Under the pieces are notes generated by a model. It saw only the letters and a list, made by a program, of their open reading frames with translations. It ran no database searches and had not been told where the DNA came from. 64,000 bases of DNA from a bacterium (GTDB taxonomy: Bacteria; Patescibacteriota; Minisyncoccia; Phycocordibacterales; UBA2100): contig JAEUQT010000001.1 in assembly GCA_016789445.1 (NCBI GenBank), forward strand, positions 1,308-65,307. Direction: 5' to 3'. Both the position numbers and the translations under genes were made by a program. Each line of letters begins with the position of its first letter. Position 1 is the first letter of the stretch. This document shows positions 19,684 through 28,469 of this stretch, piece by piece.

Positions 19684-19890
19684 CTTGCCCGACGGTGCAA
19701 TAAATTCCGCGACCCCGACTCGCCGCTCCGGCAGCTGCCGGAACATCGCTGCGGCTCGGACGAGTCCTCAAAGATAATGTTCTCGCCGTCGCTCGAAAAT
19801 TTCCCCGAGCCTGGCTCGCGGTTTTGCGTGCTCGCAAAACATCGCTCCGCCTCGGACAAAAGCACAAAACCTCCCACAGGGGAGGTTGTT
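19684..19890 (-). repeat. Tandem type-A structured repeat modules immediately downstream of tRNA-Lys
   Basis: Reverse complement reads CAAAAGACACAACAACCTCCCctgtGGGAGGTTTTGTGCTTTTG-TCCGAGGCGGAGCGATGTTTTGCGagcacGCAAAACCGCGAGCC...ATTATC...GAGCCGCAGCGATGTTCCGGCagctGCCGGAG...GTCGGGGTCGCGGAATTTATTGCACC. Confidence 0.75.
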
Positions 19891-19963
19891 GTGTCTTTTG
19901 TCCGCCCAGTAGGGATCGAACCTACGACCTGCCGATTAAGAGTCGGATGCTCTACCAGCTGAG
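19891..19963 (-). tRNA. tRNA-Lys (anticodon CTT)
   Basis: Reverse complement reads CCGCCTA-TA-GCTCAGCTGGTAGAGC-A-TCCGACTCTTAATCGGC-AGGTC-GTAGGTTCGATCCCTAC-TGGGCGG-A, with anticodon loop cuCTTaa and a C1:G72 first pair. Confidence 0.8.
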
Positions 19964-20065
19964 CTATAGGCGGATTGCCGATAATATACCATGTCTCATC
20001 AAATTGTCAGCTCTATAACAAAGAAACCAGGACCGAAAGGTCCTGGTTAGTAGATAGGGAGATGA

Positions 20066-20338
20066 TTAGTGGCCGCCGCGATCGTCCCGATCTTCGTCGT
20101 AATCTTCGAAGTCGCGATAATCAACCTGGACGATCTCGAATAGCTCGAACGCCTTCACGCCCGCTGCCGGCTTCGTCAGTCCCATCGCAAGAAACTTGTC
20201 TTGAGTCTCCTTGATGGCAGCGACGACGTCGCTGGCGAGCTTGATGCGTTGGGCGATAGTGAAATCCTCGATTTTCGGCTTATCATCACCGCGGAACGAG
20301 ACTTCGTCTTTTCCACGACGGGATTCGTGTCGGCCCAT
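20066..20338 (-). CDS. Hypothetical protein with acidic C-terminus
   Basis: GGAGG RBS 6 nt before ATG 20338, 90 aa. Confidence 0.45.
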   Translation of the reverse strand: MGRHESRRGKDEVSFRGDDKPKIEDFTIAQRIKLASDVVAAIKETQDKFLAMGLTKPAAGVKAFELFEIVQVDYRDFEDYDEDRDDRGGH

Positions 20339-20443
20339 GTATACCTCCAAGAACATCCATCAGCCTTTCTGATGGGATTATAATTATATCATATATATTT
20401 TGAATTGCAAGTCCCCAGACTCTCGTGCTATAGTCCCCCTGTC

Positions 20444-20525
20444 GGGCAGGTGGCGAAATTGGTAGACGTACCGCGCTTAGGACGCGGCGCCGCAAGGCAT
20501 GGAGGTTCGAGTCCTCTCCTGCCCA
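20444..20525 (+). tRNA. tRNA-Leu (anticodon TAG)
   Basis: Acceptor GGGCAGG/CCTGCCC, D-arm GCGAAATTGGTAGACG, anticodon loop CTTAGGA, long variable arm, T-arm GGAGGTTCGAGTCCTCT. TATAGT -10 at 20429-20434. Confidence 0.85.
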
Positions 20526-20528
20526 CAT

Positions 20529-20561
20529 AAAACCAAAACCGGAGCGTGCTCCGGTTTTGTT
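20529..20561 (+). terminator. Rho-independent terminator after tRNA-Leu(TAG)
   Basis: AAAACCGGAGCGTGCTCCGGTTTTGTT. Confidence 0.8.
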
Positions 20562-20579
20562 ATTAGAAACGAAAATAGG

Positions 20580-20882
20580 TTAGAACGGACTCGCCGGCAG
20601 GGAGTTCTGCACACGGCTCACATCGGTGGATGCGACATCCAAGCCGAAGGAGTTCACGATGAGCGCGATGATGCCGTAGACGGAAACCATGATGAGCATG
20701 CCGAGGAGGCCGTACACCATATGGTCCTTCCCCTTCTGTGAGGCTTCTCCGTTTTTCACGCCCCACAAAAACTCGACGATTCCCCAGATGAAGAGGAAGA
20801 GGCCGAGGGTGAATATGACGCGAAGACCAGGATCGATCACGTTCGTGATGATCCGCTGTAGGATCTCTTCGCCGGCTTGCAT
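20580..20882 (-). CDS. TrbC/VirB2-like pilin-family small membrane protein (tandem paralog 5)
   Basis: Two hydrophobic helices, RVIFTLGLFLFIWGIV and VYGLLGMLIMVSVYGIIALIV, flanking a charged loop. Last gene of the tandem array. Confidence 0.6.
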   Translation of the reverse strand: MQAGEEILQRIITNVIDPGLRVIFTLGLFLFIWGIVEFLWGVKNGEASQKGKDHMVYGLLGMLIMVSVYGIIALIVNSFGLDVASTDVSRVQNSLPASPF

Positions 20883-20899
20883 ACACGCTTACGCTGATG

Positions 20900-21265
20900 C
20901 TACTGCATCATGCGCGTATCGATCTGGATCGTCTTCGGGATGACCGGATCGGTCGAAGTAACGCGGAAGGTCGACTGGAGGAGACGGATGATGCCCCAGA
21001 TGGAGACCATGACGAAGATCGTGATGACACCCATCATCATGACCTTGAGACCTTCGGTCTTGCCTTCAGCACCGTCGTTGAGAAGGTACTTGATGAGACC
21101 GTAGAAGAAGACCACGATCGCGAGCGTGATGAAAAGATAGACCAGCGAGTTGAGGAACTGCGAGACCATCGCGAGCGTGTTGAGAAGCGTCTGCGCCGAT
21201 GCGAGCATCGGGAGAAAGAGCGATCCTGCCGAGAGTGCTGAAACTACTGATAGTCTGGTACGCAT
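20900..21265 (-). CDS. TrbC/VirB2-like pilin-family small membrane protein (tandem paralog 4)
   Basis: Signal peptide MRTRLSVVSALSAGSLFLPMLASAQ, two TM helices and a C-terminal motif shared with paralog 5 (TSTDPV / STDVS). Confidence 0.65.
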   Translation of the reverse strand: MRTRLSVVSALSAGSLFLPMLASAQTLLNTLAMVSQFLNSLVYLFITLAIVVFFYGLIKYLLNDGAEGKTEGLKVMMMGVITIFVMVSIWGIIRLLQSTFRVTSTDPVIPKTIQIDTRMMQ

Positions 21266-21349
21266 ACTGAATCGCTAAAAGGTTAACCCGTCTAAGTGCA
21301 TCAATCGTACCGCGCCCTCGGGGCGGAGCAATCAACCCCGTGTGGATAT

Positions 21350-21625
21350 CTACTTCTCCAGCCAGTACAAAGCCGCGGTCGCGAAGACGACGACCATGAG
21401 GATCGTCATCCCTTTTTCCATGATCTTGATGCCGTCTTCGCGGCGCTCGGTGCCGAGACGCGTGATGTACATGATGAACCCCGTGAAAAAGACACCGAGC
21501 GCGACCGCACCGAAGAATCCGATTGCCGCATAGAGACCGAACTCAACCGTGACTGATTGTGATACGGCCTCTTGTGCCGCGAGCGGGAGTGGCACGAGCA
21601 GAAACGGTAGGATGCGACGCCACAT
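21350..21625 (-). CDS. TrbC/VirB2-like pilin-family small membrane protein (tandem paralog 3)
   Basis: Signal peptide MWRRILPFLLVPLPLAAQEA plus two TM helices. Confidence 0.65.
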   Translation of the reverse strand: MWRRILPFLLVPLPLAAQEAVSQSVTVEFGLYAAIGFFGAVALGVFFTGFIMYITRLGTERREDGIKIMEKGMTILMVVVFATAALYWLEK

Positions 21626-21628
21626 ACA

Positions 21629-22000
21629 TCAATTGAGACATTCCGCCGCGATACAATCGAATTCCTGCGGACCTCCGCCGCCGAAATCCCCGCCGCCACC
21701 GCCACCGCCGAAGAGCGAATTACGTACGAGACCGACGATCCCCCACACGGAAACCATGACGAAGAGCGCGATGAGTCCCCACACGATGCGGCGGCTTAAT
21801 TCTTCAGAGCCGCCCTTGCTTAAGGAGACAAGTCCGGTCGCGACGCCATAGAAGTAGACGACGAGACCGAGGATGATCGCCGTACCGATGCCGGCATTGA
21901 GGAACTGCACGACGGTCTCCGCGAGCTCGGAGAACGTACGCGGTGCGGCTGCGGCCACCGCCGGTAGTGCGAGTATCGCGACAAGGAGAGCAAGGCGCAT
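21629..22000 (-). CDS. TrbC/VirB2-like pilin-family small membrane protein (tandem paralog 2) with Gly-rich tail
   Basis: Signal peptide MRLALLVAILALPAVAAAAP, two TM helices and a GGGGGGDFGGGGPQEFDC tail. Confidence 0.65.
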   Translation of the reverse strand: MRLALLVAILALPAVAAAAPRTFSELAETVVQFLNAGIGTAIILGLVVYFYGVATGLVSLSKGGSEELSRRIVWGLIALFVMVSVWGIVGLVRNSLFGGGGGGGDFGGGGPQEFDCIAAECLN

Positions 22001-22001
22001 A

Positions 22002-22355
22002 TCAGCCGAGGAGCTGGCGGATCGTACCGCCGATCATCGTCGCAAGGACCCACGCGCTGAGGATGAGGATCGCGCCCATGATGACGTAGGTGATATTGCG
22101 CTTCGCGTCGTTGAGTCCTTCCGGATTTCCGCGCGCCGCGATGAACTTGAAGCCGGCGTAGACGATAAAGACGGTGATCAAAGGAAGGGCGATGATGACG
22201 ATAGCGCGCAAAAATCCTTCCACGAATTTCTCGACGGATGAGAACTTGAGCGGATTCTCGAGACCGCCTTGCACGCCCTGCGCGAAAACCGGCAATGCCG
22301 CCGCCCACAGGAGGATGGCGAGTGTCGTCAGGCGTGCGAGATATCGATGCGTCAT
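22002..22355 (-). CDS. TrbC/VirB2-like pilin-family small membrane protein (tandem paralog 1)
   Basis: Signal peptide ...LAILLWAAALPVFAQ, TM1 AIVIIALPLITVFIVYAGF, loop RGNPEGLNDAKRN, TM2 ITYVIMGAILILSAWVLATMIG. Confidence 0.7.
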   Translation of the reverse strand: MTHRYLARLTTLAILLWAAALPVFAQGVQGGLENPLKFSSVEKFVEGFLRAIVIIALPLITVFIVYAGFKFIAARGNPEGLNDAKRNITYVIMGAILILSAWVLATMIGGTIRQLLG

Positions 22356-22357
22356 AT

Positions 22358-23662
22358 CTATTGCGTGGTCAGCGTCCTCATCGCCTGTTCGGCACGCTGC
22401 ACCGCTTCTAGCGTACGCGCCGCACCCGAGGTGACGCTTTCAATCATATCCTTGAAGATGCGTTCTGTCTCTTGGGGATTCGGGTCTTCCCAGGTACGCA
22501 CCAGGAGCGCCATCTTATTGAAGACCGCATCGTTCCCCTGCGCCGGCTCGGCAAGCACGTCGCGACGCGCCGATGCCAGACCGAATGCGAGCGAGAGGAG
22601 CTTGGATCCTTCCGGCCCCGCAAGGATGTACGCTGCCGTGAGCGCGCCCTGAGGATTCTGCGATGCACGTGGGATCGCGAACGCATACGCGTACCCCGCA
22701 TCCACGGTACGCTCGGCACCTTTCACCTGCGGCACGCTCGTCGCGATCGCGAAGTTGAGATTCGGATTAAGGCGGCGGATGAGCGGCTCTTCGCTCGCCG
22801 GTCCGAGATAGATCGCCAGATCCCCCTGCGCAAACGCAGTGCGCGCTTCCGGCATGGAACGATTCCAGCTGTAATCCGGACTGGATGGATTCGAGAACTG
22901 CGTAAAGAAGCGCAGCGCACTGTCCCCCGGCTGCGAAGTCTCATTCACGCGCGCCGTGAGAGATGGCATGAGCGTACCCGCGCTATCCCTTCCGGTGATC
23001 CTGCCTCCTGCCTGCATGATGAGCATGCTGAGGATCGCTTTCGCGTGGTTCACGTTGGCGTATTCACCGAACGCGATCGCGCTCTTGGTGATCGAACCCG
23101 CATCGCTCTTACGCGTCGCGGTACGCGTGAGGTCGTACACCTCATCCCAATACACCGGCGGCTTCGCGATGCCTGCGGTCGAGAGCATGTCGCGATTCCA
23201 ATAGAGGACGAACGGGTCCACGGCAAACGGGATACCGAGGGATCCTTCAGCGCCCAAGAACGGATCCGCCGCTTCAGCCCAGAGGTTGCGGAAGGTATCG
23301 CGCGGAAGCTGTTCGTACGGTATCGGGAAGATCTTCGCCCCTTCGGTGATGGTTTCGTCTTGGCGGAGGATGAACAGATCAGGCCCCGTACCGGATGCGA
23401 GCGCATTCGCGAGCTCGGCGCGGAACGTCGTCGGATCTTTCTGCACGTAGCTCACTTGTCGCAAACGGCTTTCGGTTTCAACCATCTGACGGATGACCGT
23501 CGAGAATGCGCTCTCATCGAACGTTCCCCACACCACGACCGGCCCTGTCGACGAACTCGAATTCGTACCGATGAAGAACGAGAAGATGAGCACGCTCGCC
23601 ACCGCGAAGGTGCCGAATACCGCGAGGAGCACCATCTGGAATGTCGACATGCCGGGCTTCAT
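22358..23662 (-). CDS. Membrane-anchored extracytoplasmic protein, possibly solute-binding-protein-like
   Basis: N-terminal TM or signal anchor followed by a 400-aa soluble domain. Its stop is 3 nt before the first pilin-like gene, so it is probably the first gene of that operon. Family assignment is uncertain. Confidence 0.55.
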   Translation of the reverse strand: MKPGMSTFQMVLLAVFGTFAVASVLIFSFFIGTNSSSSTGPVVVWGTFDESAFSTVIRQMVETESRLRQVSYVQKDPTTFRAELANALASGTGPDLFILRQDETITEGAKIFPIPYEQLPRDTFRNLWAEAADPFLGAEGSLGIPFAVDPFVLYWNRDMLSTAGIAKPPVYWDEVYDLTRTATRKSDAGSITKSAIAFGEYANVNHAKAILSMLIMQAGGRITGRDSAGTLMPSLTARVNETSQPGDSALRFFTQFSNPSSPDYSWNRSMPEARTAFAQGDLAIYLGPASEEPLIRRLNPNLNFAIATSVPQVKGAERTVDAGYAYAFAIPRASQNPQGALTAAYILAGPEGSKLLSLAFGLASARRDVLAEPAQGNDAVFNKMALLVRTWEDPNPQETERIFKDMIESVTSGAARTLEAVQRAEQAMRTLTTQ

Positions 23663-23689
23663 ACGGATATGGTACTACGCGCGAGCGTG

Positions 23690-24259
23690 TTATTGGGAAG
23701 TTTTCCGGAAGATAAGCCCGTAATGATGCGCGCCGGCATTGAATTCACGCACGAAGGTGAGTCCTGCCTTTCGTGCATGCTCGTATGCCTGCTCTTTGGT
23801 GACCACATGATCTTCCGTCGGTCCCATGCCGCGGAACGATTCCGACCAATCGATGATGATGACTCTTCCCCCATGCTTCAGCGTTCGCTCCGCCTCGATA
23901 AGGACGCCCGTCTTGTCGCGTACCTGGAACAGGAGATTCGAGACAAGGACGATATCCAACACGCTGCCGAGTTTCGAACCGCCGTCTTCCTCGACATCCC
24001 CCCAGATGACATCGACATTTGTGTGGCCATGCTTCACGGCATCATTCTTGATGCGTCGCAGGAGATCCTTCTGGATATCGATCGCATAGACCGTACCGCT
24101 TCCGAGAAGCTCCTTGGCGATGAGATTCACATACGCGCCGGAACCGGCGCCGAAGTCGGCAACCTTCATGCCCGGCTCGATACCGAACGCGCTCACCGTG
24201 CGCGCGGGATGCGCGAAACGACGCTTCTCATGCGTAGAACCTCCCTGGTGAGGGTACAT
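23690..24259 (-). CDS. Class I SAM-dependent methyltransferase
   Basis: Motif I VADFGAGSGAY, motif II AIDIQ, small Rossmann MTase. Confidence 0.75.
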   Translation of the reverse strand: MYPHQGGSTHEKRRFAHPARTVSAFGIEPGMKVADFGAGSGAYVNLIAKELLGSGTVYAIDIQKDLLRRIKNDAVKHGHTNVDVIWGDVEEDGGSKLGSVLDIVLVSNLLFQVRDKTGVLIEAERTLKHGGRVIIIDWSESFRGMGPTEDHVVTKEQAYEHARKAGLTFVREFNAGAHHYGLIFRKTSQ

Positions 24260-24361
24260 TGGAATCAGTATATATGCTTTTCTGCGCGCACCGGATCACG
24301 TAGGTGTAAAACTAAAACCGCGACGCACTGCGTCGCGGTTTGGATAGAAACGGAATTTTCG

Positions 24362-24448
24362 TCACCCGTAGATGACGACGAAAACACCGGCTCCGATGAC
24401 AGTCACGCCCATAAGGACGATCGTTGCGCTCCTGAAAAAATCCGCCAT
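24362..24448 (-). CDS. Possible 28-aa hydrophobic micropeptide
   Basis: GGAGG RBS 7 nt before ATG 24448. Product MADFFRSATIVLMGVTVIGAGVFVVIYG is a single TM helix. Not in the ORF track because it is under 60 aa. Confidence 0.3.
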   Translation of the reverse strand: MADFFRSATIVLMGVTVIGAGVFVVIYG

Positions 24449-24525
24449 TACCGGCCTCCTTTTCTTGATGCAACCCTAACCCTGTTCTGGTTATACGCCC
24501 CTTCAGGGGAGTGTCAACCTGTTGA

Positions 24526-27024
24526 TTACTCGGCCTTCCCTTCAAGAATGACGCAGGCAGCGATCTTGTCGCCGTCGCGCAATCGCATCACGCGCACACC
24601 CTGCGTCTGGCGACCGCTCGAGCGGATCTCCGTGAGGTCGGTACGGATGACCTGACTCTTCTGCGACATCGCGATGAGTTCCCCGTGTTCGTCGACGATA
24701 AGACCCGCGATCACTGGTCCCGTCTTTGCCGTAACGGCAGACGTCTTGATGCCGGAGCCGCCACGTCCCTGTACTTTGTATTCCTTGAGCGGCGTCTTCT
24801 TGCCGAAACCGAGCGATGAGAGGACGAGGAGTTCCTTGTTGGACCCCTTCTCGACGACGTCTGCGCCGATGACCTCATCGGAAGATGGGATCTTGATACC
24901 GCGGACTCCGCCGGCCTGGCGACCCATCTCGCGCACATCGCTCTCCGCGAAGCGGATCGATTGGCCCTTCGCGGTCACGAGGAAGACCGTATCCCCCTTG
25001 CGCGCAAATCGTGCGGAAATAAGCGCATCGCCCTTGTCGAGTCCGATCGCGATGAGGCCCGAGCGGCGCACCTCCTTGAAACTCTCGGCGGACGTCTTTT
25101 TCACCGTACCGTTCTTGGTCGCCATCACCAGCATGAGGCCTTCCATCGCCTTGGTTTCCTTCGGCATCGGCAGGATCGAAGTGATCTTCTCATCCTGTTC
25201 GAGCGAGATGAAATTCATGATGGACTTACCCTTCGTCGCGCGCTTACCTTCCGGCAATTCGTACATCTTGATCTGGTACGCCTTACCCTTGTCGGAGAAG
25301 AAAAGGAGATCCGAGTGCGCACTCGCCGTAAGGAGGTGCGTCACGAAATCCTCTTCCTTGGTATCGAGATCGATGACACCCACACCGCCGCGCTTCTGGC
25401 GACGATACTCGGCCGGATTCGTGCGCTTGATGTAGCCGCCTTGTGTCAAGACGAGTGCGAAATCCTCATCAGCGACGAGATCCTCCGGATTCAAGAGTTT
25501 CGCGGCACGCTTCACGATCTTCGTACGACGATCGTCACCGTATTTCTCCGCGATCTCCGTCAATTCCTTCTTGATGAGGTCCATCATCTTCTTCTCGCTC
25601 TTGAGGAGCGATTCGAGGTACGCGATGGTCGCCTGTACGGCATTCAATTCGTCTTCGATCTTCTTGCGCTCGAGGCCGGAGAGCTTCTGGAGGCGCATGT
25701 CGAGGATCGCGTTCGCCTGGATCTCGGAGAACTTGAACTTCGTCATGAGCCCCTTGCGGGCATCATCGGTGTCCTTCGACTTCTTGATGAGCTGGATGAT
25801 CTCGTCGATATGATCGAGCGCCTTCGAAAGGCCGAGGAGGATGTGCTCACGCGCCTTCGCGACACCCAAGTCGTATTTCGTGCGGCGCGTGACGACCTCC
25901 TTGCGGTGGAGGATGAACTGCTCCAAGACGACCTTAAGGGAAAGCGTCTGCGGCACGCCGTCGACGAGCGCGACGACGTTGTAGTGGAAGGTCTCCTCGA
26001 GCTGCGTGTGCTTGTAGAGGAAATTCAGCACCGTCTGCGGATTCGCGTTGTTCTTGAGATCGATCGCGATGCGGATATCCTTCGCCGATTCGTCGCGGAT
26101 GTCCTTGATGCCTTCGAGTTTCTTCTCGTGCACGAGATCCGCGATCCTCGTGAGGAGGTCGGACTTGTTCACGCGGTACGGGATGGAGGTGACGATGATC
26201 TGGTAGTCGCCCTTCTTGTTCTCCGTGATCTCCGCCTCGCCGCGCACCACGACCCCGCCGCGGCCGCTCGAGTACGCATGCTTGATATCGGTCTGGTTGA
26301 ACGCGATGCATCCCGTCGGGAAATCCGGACCCTGTACGAACTGCAGGAGATCCTCCGTCGTGGCATCCGGAGCATCGATGAGGTGCACCGTCGCTGCGGT
26401 TACTTCGCGGAGGTTGTGCGGCGGGATGTTCGATGCCATACCCACGGCGATACCGAGCGTACCGTTGAGGAGGAGGTTCGGGACCGCCGCCGGAAGGACC
26501 ACCGGTTCCATCTTCGTGTTGTCGTAGTTCGGACGGAAATCGACGGTATCCTTGTCGATATCACGCATCATCTCGCCCGCGAGACGCGACATCTTCGCTT
26601 CGGTATAGCGGTATGCTGCGGCGCCATCGCCATCGATCGAACCGAAGTTTCCTTGGCCGATGATCATCGGATAGCGCATCGAGAAATCCTGCGCCAATTT
26701 CACCATCGCGTCGTACACGGACGCATCGCCGTGCGGGTGGTACTTACCGAGCACATCTCCCACGATGGTCGCGGACTTCTTCGTCTTCGCGCTCGCCGTA
26801 AGGCCGTTCTCGTTCATCGAGAAGAGGATGCGGCGGTGCACCGGCTTGAAGCCGTCACGCACATCCGGAAGCGCGCGGGCGGTGATGACCGACATCGCGT
26901 AGTCGAGGTACGACTCGCGCATCTCGGTCGTGATCGAGCGCGGCACGATGCGCACCGCGGTATCTACCGAATTCCCGTCGTTTTGAGGAGCTTCTTCAGC
27001 CTTTTTCGCACGCGCCATATTCAC
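24526..27024 (-). CDS. gyrA: DNA gyrase subunit A
   Basis: N-terminal ...[26 protein letters not shown]..., active-site region, and C-terminal beta-pinwheel repeats. 832 aa. Confidence 0.95.
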   Translation of the reverse strand: MNMARAKKAEEAPQNDGNSVDTAVRIVPRSITTEMRESYLDYAMSVITARALPDVRDGFKPVHRRILFSMNENGLTASAKTKKSATIVGDVLGKYHPHGDASVYDAMVKLAQDFSMRYPMIIGQGNFGSIDGDGAAAYRYTEAKMSRLAGEMMRDIDKDTVDFRPNYDNTKMEPVVLPAAVPNLLLNGTLGIAVGMASNIPPHNLREVTAATVHLIDAPDATTEDLLQFVQGPDFPTGCIAFNQTDIKHAYSSGRGGVVVRGEAEITENKKGDYQIIVTSIPYRVNKSDLLTRIADLVHEKKLEGIKDIRDESAKDIRIAIDLKNNANPQTVLNFLYKHTQLEETFHYNVVALVDGVPQTLSLKVVLEQFILHRKEVVTRRTKYDLGVAKAREHILLGLSKALDHIDEIIQLIKKSKDTDDARKGLMTKFKFSEIQANAILDMRLQKLSGLERKKIEDELNAVQATIAYLESLLKSEKKMMDLIKKELTEIAEKYGDDRRTKIVKRAAKLLNPEDLVADEDFALVLTQGGYIKRTNPAEYRRQKRGGVGVIDLDTKEEDFVTHLLTASAHSDLLFFSDKGKAYQIKMYELPEGKRATKGKSIMNFISLEQDEKITSILPMPKETKAMEGLMLVMATKNGTVKKTSAESFKEVRRSGLIAIGLDKGDALISARFARKGDTVFLVTAKGQSIRFAESDVREMGRQAGGVRGIKIPSSDEVIGADVVEKGSNKELLVLSSLGFGKKTPLKEYKVQGRGGSGIKTSAVTAKTGPVIAGLIVDEHGELIAMSQKSQVIRTDLTEIRSSGRQTQGVRVMRLRDGDKIAACVILEGKAE

Positions 27025-27057
27025 TGGATTATATCAAAAAAGAGGTCTTTCAGCTAT

Positions 27058-27414
27058 CTAGAAACCGCCTGAATTCCCGAAGTCATCAGTGGTCCCCGGC
27101 GCGACACTCCCTCCGCCTGACGCACTGACATCGTCCTGCGAAGTGTTGTTGCGGAGATTGCGGATGTCGTCGGTCGGATCGTACTGTGCCTGATTACGCT
27201 CATTCGGCCGGATGAGGTTCATATCGAACTGATCCGTCGGCACGGCGCCGTTCTCAAGCGTCTTGAGATCCGTGCGCTGTACTTTCTTCAGAAAGAGAAA
27301 GCCCCACGCAATCATGAGGATGATGACGACAAAGACCGCGATGCTCGTCGCGACGGTTTTCTTGTCGTCGTGCGATGCATCTTTGAGGTCGTTGAATTTC
27401 TGCTGGACTACCAT
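27058..27414 (-). CDS. Hypothetical membrane-anchored protein
   Basis: One TM helix (VATSIAVFVVIILMIAWGFLFL) and a low-complexity C-terminus. Confidence 0.5.
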   Translation of the reverse strand: MVVQQKFNDLKDASHDDKKTVATSIAVFVVIILMIAWGFLFLKKVQRTDLKTLENGAVPTDQFDMNLIRPNERNQAQYDPTDDIRNLRNNTSQDDVSASGGGSVAPGTTDDFGNSGGF

Positions 27415-27442
27415 CGATACCTATTGTATCGCATCAGAAGCA

Positions 27443-28093
27443 CTACGCTTTCAACACCACCACCTCGCCTTCCTTTCCGGCGACATCCTTCTTCTTCAGC
27501 GTAAGCTTCTCTTCCGGCACCACGCCTTCAGCGCCCGCTTCCTTGAGGAATACCTTCAGAGCTGCTGCATCGTAGCCGACCGGGATGACGATCTTCGCTT
27601 CCAGAGATACCGCGAGCTTCTGCGCTTCGGCAGGAGTAAGCGCGCCTTCGCCGCCGATCGGGACGATAAGGATATCCGGCGAGTCCATCTCTTCGACATC
27701 TTTCGGAAGGGTCGGCGTACTCACCGCTCCGGCATAGAAGACCGAAAGCCCATCGAAGGTCACCGAGTAAAGCGTGTTGATACGGTGCTCTTTGCCGTAT
27801 TCGGATTCAGAAGGAAAACCGAACGCAGTGATATCCTTGATCTCGTATTCGCCCGGCCCTTGGATGACGAACGGCTGCTTCTCACCGCGACCTGCCTCCT
27901 CGGCGCCATTCATATCCGGATGGTTGAGCGAGATGAAGGCGACGTCGGCGCCGAAATTGGTCGGTTTGAAATTCTTAGACTGCTTGGAAATCGGCCCGAA
28001 GACTACGGTCGTATCCCCCGCGCTCGCGCGCACACAAAACCCGTCATGGTACGTGAGAATCATGGCGGAAGTATACCAATAGTATATGCACAC
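27443..28093 (-). CDS. Metal-dependent hydrolase, beta-lactamase-fold (UlaG-like)
   Basis: GTG start at 28093, or ATG at 28063. ...ILTYHDGFCV...DVAFISLNHPDMNG pattern of MBL-fold hydrolases. Confidence 0.6.
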   Translation of the reverse strand: MCIYYWYTSAMILTYHDGFCVRASAGDTTVVFGPISKQSKNFKPTNFGADVAFISLNHPDMNGAEEAGRGEKQPFVIQGPGEYEIKDITAFGFPSESEYGKEHRINTLYSVTFDGLSVFYAGAVSTPTLPKDVEEMDSPDILIVPIGGEGALTPAEAQKLAVSLEAKIVIPVGYDAAALKVFLKEAGAEGVVPEEKLTLKKKDVAGKEGEVVVLKA

Positions 28094-28111
28094 GCCTATC
28101 CTTGACGCCCG

Positions 28112-28330
28112 AAGCGTCGATTGCTATCTTCTCGTGAGCACTGAGCCACTGAGGTTCAGCTGCCCCCTACTTGGAGGACCACGAATGAGACCACCATTCC
28201 GTTAGCGACTCGGTAAAGCCGGTTCGTGTCGAAATGACTCTCACTCAGGACCATGAGGCCGTAATGGAACCACCCAAGTAAGTTGAACACCCCCAGAGAC
28301 CTGATCCCCACGATCAGGTCTCTTTTCTCT
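28112..28330 (+). ncRNA. Candidate small RNA or independent transcription unit upstream of rpsA
   Basis: Promoter-like TTGACG-17-TATCTT near 28114-28142 and a strong intrinsic terminator AGAGACCTGATCcccacGATCAGGTCTCTTTTCTC at 28297-28330, with no credible ORF on the + strand in between. Confidence 0.3.
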
Positions 28331-28345
28331 ATATCCCCACCCCTT

Positions 28346-28374
28346 TTGACACCCCGCCCGTTCATATATATAGT
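28346..28374 (+). promoter_or_regulatory. Sigma70-like promoter of rpsA (TTGACA-17-TATAGT) with ~90-nt leader
   Basis: TTGACAccccgcccgttcatataTATAGT. Confidence 0.6.
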
Positions 28375-28469
28375 GCCGGCACGCCTTATAAGTTCTGCGG
28401 AAGGGCTAATCCTCGCCTCCTCTCAAAGGTACGGAAGCAAAGGAGGGAGAACCCGGACGTATATACACA

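Noticed and set aside
22472-24655. 727-aa + strand ORF, the longest in this region
   Set aside because: It is antisense to the solute-binding-like gene, the methyltransferase and the 5' region of gyrA. The product is Arg/His-rich low-complexity with no domains. It is a high-GC antisense artefact.
24961-27072. 703-aa + strand ORF
   Set aside because: Antisense to gyrA, whose product is unmistakable, and Arg-rich low complexity.
28094-28469. RNase P RNA or tmRNA in the 375-nt gap before rpsA
   Set aside because: Universally conserved RNase P blocks (GGAAAGUCCGG, ACAGAAcCCGGCUUA) and tmRNA termini are absent. AGAACCCGGAC near 28450 is part of the rpsA leader and RBS. The region is kept only as a generic sRNA candidate.
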